Positions 12,201-29,120 of a DNA stretch of 64,000 bases are shown here, piece after piece. Below the pieces are notes generated by a model. That model searched no databases and had not been told where the DNA came from. It worked only from the letters and a program-made list of their open reading frames with translations. The stretch lies in assembly GCF_009914755.1 (NCBI RefSeq), contig NC_060940.1, one strand, 5' to 3'. Origin of the DNA: the human T2T-CHM13v2.0 reference genome, Homo sapiens. The first letter of the stretch is position 1. Every line of letters begins with the position of its first letter. Both the position numbers and the translations under genes were made by a program.

Positions 12201-13721
12201 TTGCATCTGTTGAATGTCTGTTCTTAACATCTGCCCTGAGATTGATTTTGTGATAGTCCATGATTGATGGAGTAGAGTTCAGATGGGAAGGCTTTAAAGG
12301 AATAAAATAAGTCATATAAAACAAATAGTATAACAACACTCAAAGAACTGGGGAATGTGTGAATGGGGTAGACAATCATAGAAAATAATAACAATAAAAA
12401 GTAAGTTCAATGAAAGTAGACACGTTTTTGTGTTATAACAATGACATTATCATTCACTTTGTATTAGTTTCTTCAACATATTTGAATGCTTGAAGTACTT
12501 GCTTAATTTCATTTATTTTATAATTAAAGACTTGAGCATTTGAGATAAAATGCCAGACTTTAGAAATCATTGCCACTTTATAAGAACATATATGAGTTGA
12601 TAAGAGGGATTACCCTTGGCAAAGAGTGAGATTGACAGTTTTAATCTAGGTGGCACAGTGGCTTTATCTGCATTTTTATTATTCTCATGAGAATTTATTT
12701 GGGAAACACATTTGTCATTAAAAATAAAAGTTTAAAAAGAAGTGATTGCTAAACATAATTTTTTCAATTATTTTTAGATTCACACACAGTAAAATCGGCT
12801 TTGTGTGTGTAGTTCTGTAAATTTTATCACATGCATAGATTCTCGTAACTACTGTCACAATCAAGATATAGAACAGCTCTGTCACCATCCCGATAAAACC
12901 CTTGTGATATCTCTTTGTAGCACCCTCTCCTCCAGTTCCTAATATTTGATAACCATTCATTTGTTCTCTGTCACTATAGTTTGGTCTTTTCAAGAATGTC
13001 ATATAAACAGAATATAATATAACCTTTTGAAGCTGGCATATTTTACCCAGTGTAATGTCTTCTAGATCCATCCAAGTTGTGTGTATCAACCATTTATTCC
13101 ATTTTCTTCCTGAGAGTACTCCATTGGATAGATGCACCACGTTTTGTTTACCGTTCATCCAGTGAAGGACATTTGGTTTGTTTCCCATTTTTAGCAATTA
13201 TGAGTAGAGCTGGGATAAATATTCATGTGCAGGTTTTTATGTGAACATAAGTTTTCATTTCTCTAGGGTAAATACCCAGAAGTGAGATTGCTAGATCATA
13301 TGATGTGTGCATTTAACTTTATGAAAAACTACCAAATTTTTTTTCAGAGTGGTTGTACCATTTGAGATTCCCACCAACAACATATTAGAGTTCCAGCTGC
13401 TCCACATTCTCGTCATCACTTGATAGCATCAGTATTTTTTTGCCACTATAATAAGCATGTACTGGTATCTCATCATGGTTTTAATTTGCATTTCCCCAAT
13501 TGCTGATGATGAAACATCTTTTCATGTGCTAATTTGCCTTCTGTATATTCTTTTCAGTGAAGTATCTATTCAAGATTTTTGCTCATTTTTCAAAGTTAGG
13601 TTTTTGCTTTGTTAATGTTGAGCTTTGAGATTTCTTTACATATTCTGTATATGAGTCCTTTGTTGTACATGTGACCTCCAAATATTTTCTCCTGGTATGG
13701 AACTTATCTTTTCATTTTTTA

Positions 13722-14050
13722 TTCTTTTTAGTCTTCATATACATTTATGAAGTACAAGTGCAATTTTGTTATACGGATATAATGCATACTGGTGAAGATG
13801 GGCTCTTACTCTATCACCCACATAACATACATTGTACTCATTAAGTAATTTCTCATCATTCTCCCCCCTTCCACCTCCACCTCACCCTTCAGGGTCTCTA
13901 ATGTCTATCATTCCACACTCTATGCCCATGTGTACACATCACTTAGCTCCCACTTACGAGTGAGAACATGCAGCATTTGTCTTTCTGTTTCTGAGTTATT
14001 TCACTTAAGAAACATCCATCCATGTTGCTGTAAAAGACATGATTTAATAT
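13722..14050 (-). mobile_element. 5'-truncated L1PB3/L1PB4-like 3' end
   Basis: tacaagtgcaattttgttatacggatataatgcatactggtgaag...ttagctcccacttacgagtgagaacatgc...gttgctgtaaaagacatgattt. Confidence 0.75.
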
Positions 14051-14110
14051 TTGTCCAAAGGAAAAAAAATACCAAAAAAAGATACATGCATACATGCACT
14101 CATATATTTA
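14051..14110 (+). mobile_element. Inverted L1PB segment (probable twin-priming 5' inversion)
   Basis: tccaaaggaaaaaaaat-accaaaaaaagatacatgca...catatattta resembles the sense-strand L1PB segment upstream of the 13722-14050 piece. Confidence 0.55.
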
Positions 14111-14430
14111 CTTAATTTATTTGTTTGTTTGTGTATTTATTTATTGAGACAGGGTCTTGCTCTATCACCCAGGCTGGAGTGCAGTGGCACAGTCACGGCT
14201 CACTGCAGCCTCAACCTTCTTGGGCTCAAGTGATTCTCCCACCTCAGCCTCCGGCATAGCTGGGACTGCAGGTATATGCCACCATGCCCAGCTAATTTTT
14301 TTTTTTTTTTTTTTGGTAGTGACAGGGTCTCACTACATTGCCCAAGCTGGTCCCAGACTCCTGGGCTCAAGCAATCCTCCCACCTTGGCATTCCATGTGC
14401 TGGGATTACAGACATGAGCCACCGTGCTTC
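14111..14430 (-). mobile_element. AluJ (Jo/Jr) SINE
   Basis: gagacagggtcttgctct...cactgcagcctcaaccttcttgggctcaag...tcctgggctcaagcaatcctcccacc are J-type diagnostics. Confidence 0.92.
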
Positions 14431-15400
14431 AATCTTTTCATTTTTATAGCCATGTCTTCCACAGAGAAAACAGTTTTAACTGTGATGGAGCTCAATTATA
14501 AATGTTCTTTCTTTAATAAATTGTGCTTTTGATATCTTGTCTAAGAACTCTTTTCCTGTCTCCAGGTGACAAGTATTTTCTAAAATTATAAAAGTTTTTT
14601 TCTAAAAGTTTTAATATTCCCATTCTACTTTTAGACCTGTAATACAATTTGAGCTAATTTTGTGTAGGGTGTGAAGTTTAGGATGAGGTTCTTCAATTAA
14701 TATACCCAGTTTTATAATAACATTTATTATAAACAATATCCTTTCTTCATTGAAGTGTCTTTATAACTTTTCAAATATCAACTGGCCATATTTTTGTGGG
14801 TCTATTTCTGAACTATCTCTTTTGTTCCATTTCATTTATGTGTCTCTCCTGTAACTAATACAACACTATCTCTATTACTGTAGATTTATATAGTAAGTCT
14901 TACAATTAGGTAGAGTGATTTTTCCAACTTTATTTTTCTGTTACAAATTGTTTTAGTTGTTTCAGTTCCTTTGCCCTCCTCTATGGATTTCAGAATCAGT
15001 TTGTTTTTATCTACAAAAAAAATCTGCTGAGATGTTAATTGGTAGTGCATTAAACCTATAAATCAATTTGGAGAGAACAGATAGTTTACTATGTTGAGTC
15101 TTCCTATCCATATAATGGTATACTTTTCCAGTCATTTAGGTCTTCTTTTATGGCCACTTTGTAGTTTTCAGAATACAGATCTTGTATATGACTTTCAGAT
15201 TTATATCTAACTATTACATCCTTTTGAGCTGTTGTAGATGGTATTATTTTTGTTTTTAAATTTTGATTTCAGTTTGTCACTGCTAGTATATAGAAATACA
15301 GTGAGTTGTGCAGTAACTTTGCATTCTGTGATTTTTCTAAAAAAACTTGTTAGCACTAAGAGTTTATATTTTTGTTGGCATTATTCATAGAGCCCCTGAA

Positions 15401-15463
15401 ATTTTCCACAAATCCAGTAGTGTATTCTGTGGGATTTTCTACAAATCCAATAGTGTATTCTGT
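15401..15463. repeat. 30-bp imperfect direct duplication
   Basis: attttc(c/t)acaaatcca(g/a)tagtgtattctgt at 15401-15430 and 15434-15463. Confidence 0.9.
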
Positions 15464-15898
15464 AAACAGGAATTCTTTCTTTCTAATCCGTATATATTTT
15501 ATTTCTTCAGCTTGCCTTGCAGTACTGGCTAGGACTTCCATAAAAAATGTTTAATAGGAGCGCTAAGATTAGAACTGCCACCTTTGTTCCAAATCTTAGG
15601 GGGAATGATTTTGGTCTTTGATCAGTAAGTATAATGCTATGTGCATGTATGCATTGACAACTTCATCAGACAATGTTATATTTTTGCTTGCAACCATCAA
15701 GCATATTTTAAACTCAGAGAAGAATTCACCATTTTATTCAACCAGATATTTGCCATTTCCATTCCTCAGCTTGGATTTCTGATATTCCACATTTCGATCT
15801 GGTATCACTTCCCTCCAGCCGAAGCACTTCCCTTAGAAATATTTTACAGCTGGTCTGGTGACAACAGATTCTCGCAGTGTTTTTTCATCTGAGAATGT

Positions 15899-15997
15899 TA
15901 GGGTGACTAACTGTTCTGGTTTGCCTAGTTTTAGCACCAAAAGTCATGCATCCTGGGAAACCTCTCAGTCCTGGGTAAAACAGGATGATTGGTCCTA
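15899..15997 (+). mobile_element. MER81 hAT-Blackjack MITE
   Basis: tagggtgactaac...ggtttgcc...ttttagcac..aaagtc...ctcagtcctgggtaaaacaggatgattggtccta. Confidence 0.75.
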
Positions 15998-16667
15998 CAA
16001 GGTATCTTTATTTTACCTTTATTCCTAAAGGATATTTTCACTGGTTGTCAATTTCTGGGATAACAATTCTATTCTTGCAGGCTTTCAAAAATGTTCCTCT
16101 CTCTCTGGTCTCCATGGTTTCTGAGGAGAAACATAGAGAAACATTGTACAGTCATTCCAATTGTTATTCTCGTACAAGTAACATGATGTTTTTCCCTGGC
16201 TGTTTTCAAGATTTTCTTTCTTTATCTTTAGATTTCAATTCTTTGATTACACTGTATCTGGAAGCTATTTCATTGTGTTTGTGCTGTTTGAAATTCAGTG
16301 AACTTTGTGAACCTGTAGATTTATGTCTTCTACCAAGTTTGAGACATTTTAAGTTACTCTTTAAATATCTTTTTCTGTATCACACACTTTCTCCTTTTCT
16401 TCTGAGACTCCCATAATACAAAATTAAACCCTTTGGCATTCTTAAGGCTTTTTTTCAGTTTTTTCTATCATCGTTTTGGGTTGAGTTTCTATTGATCTGT
16501 CTTTGAGTTTATACACTGACTTTCCTCTTTAATCTCCATTCTGATAAAGAACACAGTCAGTATTTTCTTTGTTATTTACTTATATTTCCAAAATTCCTAT
16601 TTTGTATATATCTTCTATTTGTTTGGTGAAAAGTACTATCATTCCATTATTTTCCAAAATTGTACAA

Positions 16668-16859
16668 TCATGGTGTCTGTGAGTGTATTTCTGGATGAGA
16701 TTAACTTGAGAATTGGTACAATGAGTAAGCAGATTTTGTATCCCATGTATCCCACGTGTATCCCCAGAACTAAAAATAAAAATTAGAGGAAAAAAAAATC
16801 ATTCCCTTTATCTGTATATATCATTTGTCCTGTTTCTCTGGAGAATCCTGACAAATACA
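16668..16859 (+). mobile_element. MLT2 (ERVL) LTR remnants split by a short L1 3' tail
   Basis: gtgtctgtgagtgtatttctggatgagattaac (MLT2 5' part) and tgtttctctggagaatcctgacaaataca (MLT2 3' end) flank tgtatccccagaactaaaaataaaaatt-polyA at ~16737-16798. Confidence 0.6.
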
Positions 16860-17529
16860 GAGAGTAAAGACCATCATTAAAGACACTTTAAGCATTTAAA
16901 AAAGAATACATCTTTACTTCTTGGATATTTTAATAATAGCTGTTTTAAAGTTTTTATCAGATACCTGTGCCATCTTGTCATTGGCTTTTATCTCTTCCCA
17001 TTCAAGGGGATATTTTCTTGGTTCTTCGTATGCCACGTAGTGTTGGATTATATCCTGGATTTTTTTAATATTAAGCTAGGGAACATAGGATCTTGTTAAA
17101 ATCGTATAGTAAACATTGACATTTTTGTTTTACTATGCAATCAACCCTATTGGGTCGGGCTGCAAATTTTCCCCAAAGGTTTGTAGGTTGTAGTTGCAAG
17201 TTCCATCCCATTTTCAAACACCATAGTGCTATTTGGATTTCTCCTGCCTGTGCCCCACCCAGTGAGCTATCTGAGACTTGGGTGGTGGTCTCTCCCTTAG
17301 TTCAATTCTATTTTTTTTATTATTAATATACTTTAAGTTTTGGGGTACATGTGCTCAACGTGCAGGTTTGTTACATATGCATACATGTGCCATGTTGGTG
17401 TGCTGCACCCATTAACTCATCATTTAACATTAGGTATATCTCCTAATGCTATCCCTCCCCACTACCCCTACCCCACAATAGGCCCCGGTGTGTGATGTTC
17501 CCCTTCCTGTGTCCATGTGTTCTCATTGT

Positions 17530-21355
<3,826 letters not shown>

Positions 21356-21418
21356 TATGATGTTAGCTGGTTATTTTGCACATTAGTTGATGCAGTTTCT
21401 TCCTAGCCTTGACGGTCT

Positions 21419-22427
21419 TTACAATTTGGCATGTTTTTGCAGTGGCTGGTACCAGTTGTTCCTTTCCATGTTTACTGCTTCCTTCAGGAGCTCTTTTAGG
21501 GCAGGTCTGGTGGTGACAGAATCTCTCAGCATTTGCTTGTCTGTAAAGTATTTTATTTCTCCTTCACTTATGAAGCTTAGTTTGGCTGGATATGAAATTC
21601 TGGGTTGAAAATTCTTTAAGAATGTTGAATATTGGCCCCCACTCTCTTCTGGCTTGTAGAGTTTCCACTGAGAGATCAGCTGTTAGTCTGATGGGCTTCC
21701 CTTTGTGGGTAACCCGACCTTTCTCTCTGGCTGCCCTTGACGTTTTTTCCTTCATTTCAACTTTGGTGAATCTACAATTATGTCTCTTGGAGTTGCTCTT
21801 CTCGAGGAGTATCTTTGTGGCATTCTCTGTATTTCCTGAATTTGAATGTTGGCCTGCCTTGCTAGATTGGGGAAGTTCTCCTGGATAATATCCTGCAGAG
21901 TGTTTTCCAACTTGGTTCCATTCTCCCCATCACTTTCAGGTACGCCAATCAGACGTAGATTTGGTCTTTTCACATAGTCCCATATTTCTTGGAGGTTTTG
22001 TTCATTTCTTTTTGTTCTTTTTTCTCTAAACTTCTCTTCTTGCTTCATTTCATTCATTTCGTCTTCCATCACTGATACCCTTTCTTCCAGTTGATCACAC
22101 TGGCTACTGAGGCTTATGCATTTGTCACGTAGTTCTCATGCTGTGGTTTTCAGCTCCATCAGGTCCTTTAAGGACTTCTCTGCATTGATTATTCTAGTTA
22201 GCCATTTGTCTAATTTTTTTTCAAGGTTTTTAACTTCTTTGCCATTGGTTCAAACTTCCTCCTTTAGCTCGGAGTGGTTTGATCTTCTGAAGACTTCTTC
22301 TCTCAGCTCGTCAGTCATTCTCCGTCCAGCTTTGTTCCGTTGCTGGTGAGGAGCTGCATGCCTTTGGAGGAGGAAAGGCGCTCTGATTTTTAGAGTTTCC
22401 AGTTTTTCTGCTCTGTTTTTTCCCCAT
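21419..22427 (-). pseudogene. L1 ORF1 (RNA-binding protein), disrupted
   Basis: ATG GGGAAAAAACAGAGC at 22427; fragments RNEQNLQEIWDYVKRPNLRLIGVPE and KGRVTHKGKPIRLTADLS; canonical stop at 21419-21421. Confidence 0.93.
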
Positions 22428-23451
22428 CTTTGTGGTTTTATCTACCTTTGGTCTTTGATGATGGTGACGTACAGATGGGGTTTTGGTGTGGATGTCCTTT
22501 CTGTTTGTTAGTTTTCCTTCTAACAGTCAGGACCCTCAGCTGCAGGTGTGTTGGAGTTTGCTGGAGGTCCACTCCAGACCCTGTTTGCCTGGGTATCAGC
22601 AGCGGAGGCTGCAGAACAGCGGATATTGGTGAACAGCAAATGTTGCTACCTGATCGTTCCTCTGGAAGTTTTGTCTCAGAGGAATAGCCAGCCATGTGAG
22701 GTGTCAGTCTGCCTCTACTGGGGGGTGGCTCCCAGTTAGGATGCTTGGGGGTCAGGGACCCACTTGAGGAGGCAGTCTGTCCATTCTCAGATCTCCAGCT
22801 GCGTGCTGGGAGAACCATTACTCTCTTCAAAGCTGTCAGACAGGGACATTTAAGTCTGCAGAGGTTTCTGCTGCCTTTCATTTGGCTATACCCTGCCCCC
22901 AGAGGTGGAGTCTACAGAGGCATGCAGGCCTCCTTGAGCTGCTGTGGGCTCCACCCAGTTCGAGCTTCCCGGCCACTTTGTTTACCTACTCAAGCCTCGG
23001 TAATGGCGGGCGCCGCTCCCCCAGCCTTGCTGCCACCTTGCAGTTTGATCTCAGACTGCTGTGCTAGCAAAGCGAGGCTCCATGGGCATAGGACCCTCCA
23101 AGCCAGGTGCGGGATATAATCTCCTGGTGTGCTGTTTGCTAAGACCATTGGAAAAGCACAGTATTAGGGTGGGAGTGACCTGATTTTCCAGGTGCCATCT
23201 GTCACCCCTTTCTTTGACTAGGAAAGGGAATTCCCTGACCCCTTGCACTTCCTAGGTGAGGCAATGCCTCGCCCTGCTTCGGCTCACACTCACTGTGCTG
23301 CATCCACTGTCCTGCACCCACTGTCTGACACTCCCCAGTGAAACGAACCCAGTACCTCAGTTGGAAATGCAGAAATCACCCATCTTCTGCGTCACTCACA
23401 CTGGGAGCTGTAGACTAAAGCTGTTCATATTTGGCCATCTTGGCTCCACCC
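22428..23451 (-). promoter_or_regulatory. L1 5'UTR with internal sense promoter, YY1 site and antisense promoter region
   Basis: YY1 core gccatctt at 23434-23441; recognisable L1PA 5'UTR with many CpG-to-TpG decays. Confidence 0.85.
23003..23119 (+). pseudogene. L1 ORF0 (antisense ORF), frameshifted after ~23 codons
   Basis: MAGAAPPALLPPCSLISDCCASK matches the ORF0 N-terminus (MAGAPPPASLPPCSLISDCCASN), then shifts frame and stops at 38 aa. Confidence 0.8.
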
Positions 23452-23469
23452 CTCCCTTTGTTCAATTCT

Positions 23470-24240
23470 TCAAGTCTTTGGTATGCTCTTTGTGATTAGA
23501 AACAGACATGCTTAGTGGAACAGTCAGCCCAGAAGTTCATATATAACATAAGGGGTTTTCTGTATTTTCTTAAGTTCCTCCCTTCCTGGTACTTCCTGCC
23601 ATTCCGAGGCTCGTTTTTTTGGTTCCCCACCACACAGCTGGGGCTTTAATTTCGTTGCTCTGCTGCAGGATTCCTACAACTGTACCTACATCCACAAACA
23701 ACTGGCAGGAAGACAGGGGAGGGAAAAAGCAACGAGGACTTGCCATATCCTCAGAACCAATGAGAAAGGAAGGTTCATCTCCACCAGAGTTTTAGTAGCT
23801 TGTGCATTCCCATCGCCATCACTGATGCTGCACTCTCACCAGCATGTAATGATCAGCTGGGCGCTGGGGCTCAAGAGAGCAAAAATTTTCCAAAGTGAGG
23901 GATTTCCCCCACTGTTTTTGAGCATTGGAAGTCCCCTTTCCTTTGCTTAAGGCAGAGCTAGATGGTTGTGAGTTCTTTCTGCATTCATGGATGCCCACTT
24001 TTGTGTTTTGAGCTGCCTTGAGTCCAGGCTGTAGGACAGAGGAAGAAAGAAGATAGTAAACTCACCACAGGATCAATGGTACTTTGAATTTTGGTCTGTT
24101 TCCCAATCTACTATGCTACTGTTTACCTTCAGAGCCTTCAAACAGCTTCTGTAAGCATTATATTGAGCTTCAATAGCTTCATTCAATAGAAGAGACAGGA
24201 TGGAATGTGCCTACATCACTTTACCTGGAGTTGAAACCTG
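23470..24240 (-). mobile_element. 5' portion of the host L1M element (continuation after the L1PA4 insertion)
   Basis: Sequence resumes after the TSD; L1M 5'-end-like text gagacaggatggaatgtgcctacatcactttacctggagttgaa. Confidence 0.6.
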
Positions 24241-24299
24241 CTGCACCTATGTTTTCAGGTTTATCCTTGGGAATGTATATTTATTTCCATGGACAGAAC

Positions 24300-24500
24300 C
24301 TAGGCACTGAAGTCAGAATTGAAATGGAGTTTTTTCTTTGACACTTATTAACTGTGTAAACATTAATACATGCTGTTTGGCTTCTATAAACTTCACACTC
24401 CTTGTTAATCTGGGAGACTACTACATATCATTTAGTGTGTTGTCTCATTCAAACAGGTAAAGTGTAAAGTGCCCGACACAGAGCAGGTGCTTAATTACTG
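24300..24500 (+). mobile_element. MIR SINE
   Basis: gacacttattaactgtgt...gtaaagtgcccgacacagagcaggtgcttaat. Confidence 0.55.
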
Positions 24501-26375
24501 TCCAATTATTGGTTTTGCATCCCCCTTTTTCTCCCTGATATCACTGTCCTACAACAAGGATGGTGGTGACATTGTTTAAGCTGAATTTGCAACATCTTAT
24601 GACTGGGAAGTGGTGGAAAAGGAAGAAAAAAGGATCGTGGCTAGATGAACTTTAGGCAGCTTTAAACATGAGGACCTAAGATTCTATACAAACAAGGTAC
24701 AAAGAATGCATAAAGCCACTTAAAACCATCAAGGGAGCAAGGCTGAGCTGCTACTATCCTGTTTGATATATCATTAGGAAGATTCCTATTAATAGGCCAC
24801 AGCAGCTATTGACATTTCATTATACATGCTTAAGATACGACAGCAAGAAATTACAATATACATATTGAAAAGCCCAGCCTTAGATTTCCAACACTGGAAA
24901 TAAAATGGAATATAGTAGAAACTGATCATTTAGCCAACTTTATAAAGGCAACCGTTCCTTTTGGGAAGCAAAAGTATGGTTTTATAAAAAATTTATAAAA
25001 ATTATTATATGTTTATGTATAGTAATATATAAAGGAAAATGCTTTACAAATATTAAGTTTGAGTGTCCAGAACGTGAAAGCAGATACTTAAGCATTAAAA
25101 TCGAGCCTCCACATGGGCAAGACCTCCTTTGTTAATGGCCATTCAGGAAGCTGTACTACGGACTCTGCTGTTTTCAACCTGGAGAGCAACTTTCAGCATT
25201 TTGCAAGGGGCCCTCACTTTCAGAACCTCAGCAGGGATTTGCTTTCTGGTATCTGTAACAGTGAGGGCTGGACATCCCTTGAGTGACAATTCTGTTTTTC
25301 TTTATGCCCTTCTTTGTGTAAGCTGCCAAACCACTAAGATGCAAATCTGTGGCCCACCTCCATCTAGGGAACTAAAAGGCATGATGTGTTTGTGTACTTT
25401 GCATACTGACCTCAGCACTGGTTTTGTCTGTGGTAAACATGTATGTTACTCACACTGTGTAAGAAGGAAAGGCCTCAGCAGAAACCAGTCTCTTGATCTC
25501 TAGGTCTCTGTAGTCTTTCCTCCTCACAGTTGCCCTGAAGATTATGCTGCAAAGTCAGTCTGAGGCTGTCATGCTTCTGCTTAGGAACGTTTCAATAACC
25601 CCCTATATTTCAAGACTAAAGGAAACAGTAGGGTGTAGCAGCTTCAGGTTGTGGGTTGTGGGAGTTGCCTGAGCCATGCTTCAAATTCCAGACCAACCAT
25701 GGCATGCCTTGAGCAAGTGACACAGCTGCTCTGTGCCTCAGTTTCCCTGTGCCTCTTCCACCTACCCTTTTAGCTCAGATCTCCTTGTGATATTTCATAT
25801 GTCCAACACTCCAGTCAAATTTGATTGTCCCTTTTTCTTTGCACATACTTAACAGAATCTTCTCCAAATTTGCTCAAGCCATTTCTCCTGCCAAAATAGC
25901 CTCATTCCACTCAACAAAATTCAAACCATTCTTCAAGTGTCAACTCTGAAATTATCTTTCTCCTCATCATTCTTGTAGTATTTTGTCCTTGCTATGTCTC
26001 TACAAATGCATTTATTTTATTTAATCTACATCGTAATCATTATGTAATACCTTTACTATTACATTATAAGGCATTGGGTGAATCTTGGAGAGAACATATA
26101 AAAATGAAAACAAAAAATTAGGATCTTGCTCCTGATAGAGCTTTAACCAAGAAGGGAAAACACAAAAGTGTTTAAGGTTAGGAGACCATGAGAGAATCTA
26201 AATGCCACAGAATTTTAGCATCCCTTTGTCATTATTCTTACATATGTGTTGACCCTCTTAATTTTCTTCCTAATTGTATGTTTCTTATCTGCTTGTGGAA
26301 CAATAAAGATGATAATGATGATGATGTATTTGTTACACATTGCTTGTGCCAGACACTGTGCTAAATGTGTTCTAT

Positions 26376-26550
26376 CAGGAGTTCTCAAACTTGGCTACAC
26401 ATTACAAATACCTGGGGAGAACTTAAACTTCCAAATCTATATCCCGACCTATTGAAACAGAAGTTTTTTAGTGTAACTCAGGCTTCTGTATCTTTAAAGG
26501 GCTTCTGTATCTTTAAAACTTCAATGTGCAGCCAAGGTTGAGAATCATTG
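26376..26550. mobile_element. MER5-family hAT-Charlie MITE with an internal 18-bp duplication
   Basis: caggagttctcaaacttggct...aatgtgcagccaaggttgagaatcattg TIRs. Confidence 0.8.
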
Positions 26551-26567
26551 CTTTCCATGCATTGTAT

Positions 26568-26762
26568 TAGTGTTTTCCAGATTATCCTGGTGAAAACTAT
26601 CATCTGGAATATTGGTTTAAAAAAAGCAAAAACAAAAACAAATCACAAGGTCGTGGACCCCAAAGCCACGGCATCAGAATTTCCAAGGGAGTGTCCCAGG
26701 AAGCTGCATTCTTAACAAGGGACCTGGGTGATCCTTATCCTCAAAGAACTACAGAAACACTG
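26568..26762 (+). mobile_element. MER117-like hAT-Charlie MITE
   Basis: tagtgttttcca...atcagaatttccaagggag...ttaacaag...ggtgatccttatc...gaaacactg. Confidence 0.6.
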
Positions 26763-26769
26763 CATCATA

Positions 26770-27450
<681 letters not shown>

Positions 27451-28089
27451 CTAGACAGCTTTTCAATGGCTAGGACCTTGTCTGATGCATCCCTGTGCTC
27501 CCTCATGTAATAGAGTGTCTGAGACCTAGGAGGCATTTAATGTTTGTTGAATAAATGAAAGAAGTGATTGATGAAGCATGACCCAGCAAACCTATCCTGG
27601 AAATACTGACCGCAGGTGAAAGTCAAGTCACTTGACATTTGGATGGATGGCATGGGATATGACTTCTCCATTTGGGCCTCTGAAGTTTCCATCATCTTTC
27701 TGTGTGACTTGAGGCCAACATTTAGCTTGTCTCAGCCCCGAATCTATAAAATTGGAGGAATGCCATTCATCCACTTCCTCGGGTAGCATTTTGGAAATCT
27801 CAAGTTGTATACAGACACCAAACAATGATACAAATGTGTGCCGAAGGCAGACTGTGCTTCAGCCCCCAACACATGTGCACCGCTCATCGCTAAATTGCTC
27901 ATTAGGATCATTGTTGGAAAACCAGCACAGTTCTCCCACCCTATGATTTCCGCAAGTTCTAGAGAACATCTTGTAACTTAGCACCGAGTTTCTTTCCCTT
28001 TCTATCTGTGCTGTCTGGGGAGGTGTCTGGGGAGGTTTCTTGGGAGGAGGTGCAGATGAGAAGAATTTTGAAATGTCCTGGAGAGATAA

Positions 28090-28290
28090 GGTCCAGGGAT
28101 TCAATTCAAATCCCCCCTGTTGGTGAGCCTTGGGCTGGCACATCACCTTGCAGAGTCTCAGTGTGCTCATCTGTAAAAGGAAGATATCAATAGCACCGAT
28201 GTCTTGGGATTCTATGAAAATCAACCACAACAATGTTTATAAAGCTCTAAAAATGCCTGGCACAGAGTCAGACTGAAATAAGTGGCTGTT
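28090..28290 (+). mobile_element. MIR SINE
   Basis: ctcagtgtgctcatctgtaaaagg...aaagctctaaaaatgcctggcacagag. Confidence 0.7.
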
Positions 28291-28569
28291 GTTGTCATGA
28301 TGTATCATCATTTCATTCTTCGTGCAGAACGAATCTGGACAATCTGGATTTTGCTCTGGGAGATCAATATATTTCCAACGTTGATAGAAAAGGATCCTCT
28401 CCAACAACCTTCACCATCACCATCACTACATCCTCTCACTCACACATACCTCCAAAGAACAGGATTTCCCAGCGTCCATGGATGTGGCACGACAGCTGTG
28501 TTGGAGGTCCATCTGTCAGCAATAAAACAATCCAAGGATGAAATCCAAACAAGGGAAGCTATTTTCAAC

Positions 28570-29120
28570 TGTCGTGTTTAAATCCCTTCCGCTGTATTCC
28601 ATTGCACTCAGAGTAAAATTTCAGTTAAAGGGGCCACACCATTTAGCCCCTGCCTATCTCCCCTGTCTTTTGTTCGTCACGATCCAGGCACTCAGGGCTT
28701 CTTCATATTTTTCGAACCCACTACATTTATTTCCACCACAAGCCATTGTTCTTGCTCCTCTCTCTTTCTGGAACACTCTATCCACAGAGCTGTCAGTGAT
28801 TGACATTTTCTCTTCTTTAGATCTCTGCTGAAATTCCAACTTTTCAGGAGCTGATTTGCCAACCCAAGCTGCACTCCATCCCACTCCTGGTTCCACCAGG
28901 CACTTTATCATATAACTATTTCCTTCATATCACATATTTTACCATCAAACATTATCTTCTGTGCTTCAGTTTACTTTTTTTCCTCCTCTCACTAGAATAT
29001 AAGGACCATAAGAACGGGGACTATGCATAGCTTATTTACTTGTTATCTCCAGAACCCAATAGACTGCCAAGCTCATAATAAATGATCGGTAAATATTTGC
29101 TCAATGAATGAATGGGTAAG
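28570..29120 (+). mobile_element. L2 LINE 3' fragment
   Basis: cattgcactcagagtaaaatt...ctagaatataag...aaatatttgctcaatgaatgaatg L2 tail. Confidence 0.7.

Larger units (their letters stand above)
12720..17291 (-). mobile_element. Old L1M (L1MC/MD/ME-type) LINE, 3' end and ORF2/ORF1 remnants, interrupted by younger inserts
   Basis: L1M 3'-end text (aagaatgtcatata, tacccagaagtgagattgctagatcatatg), ORF2 remnants 14440-15640, 5'-region remnants to ~17290. Confidence 0.8.
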
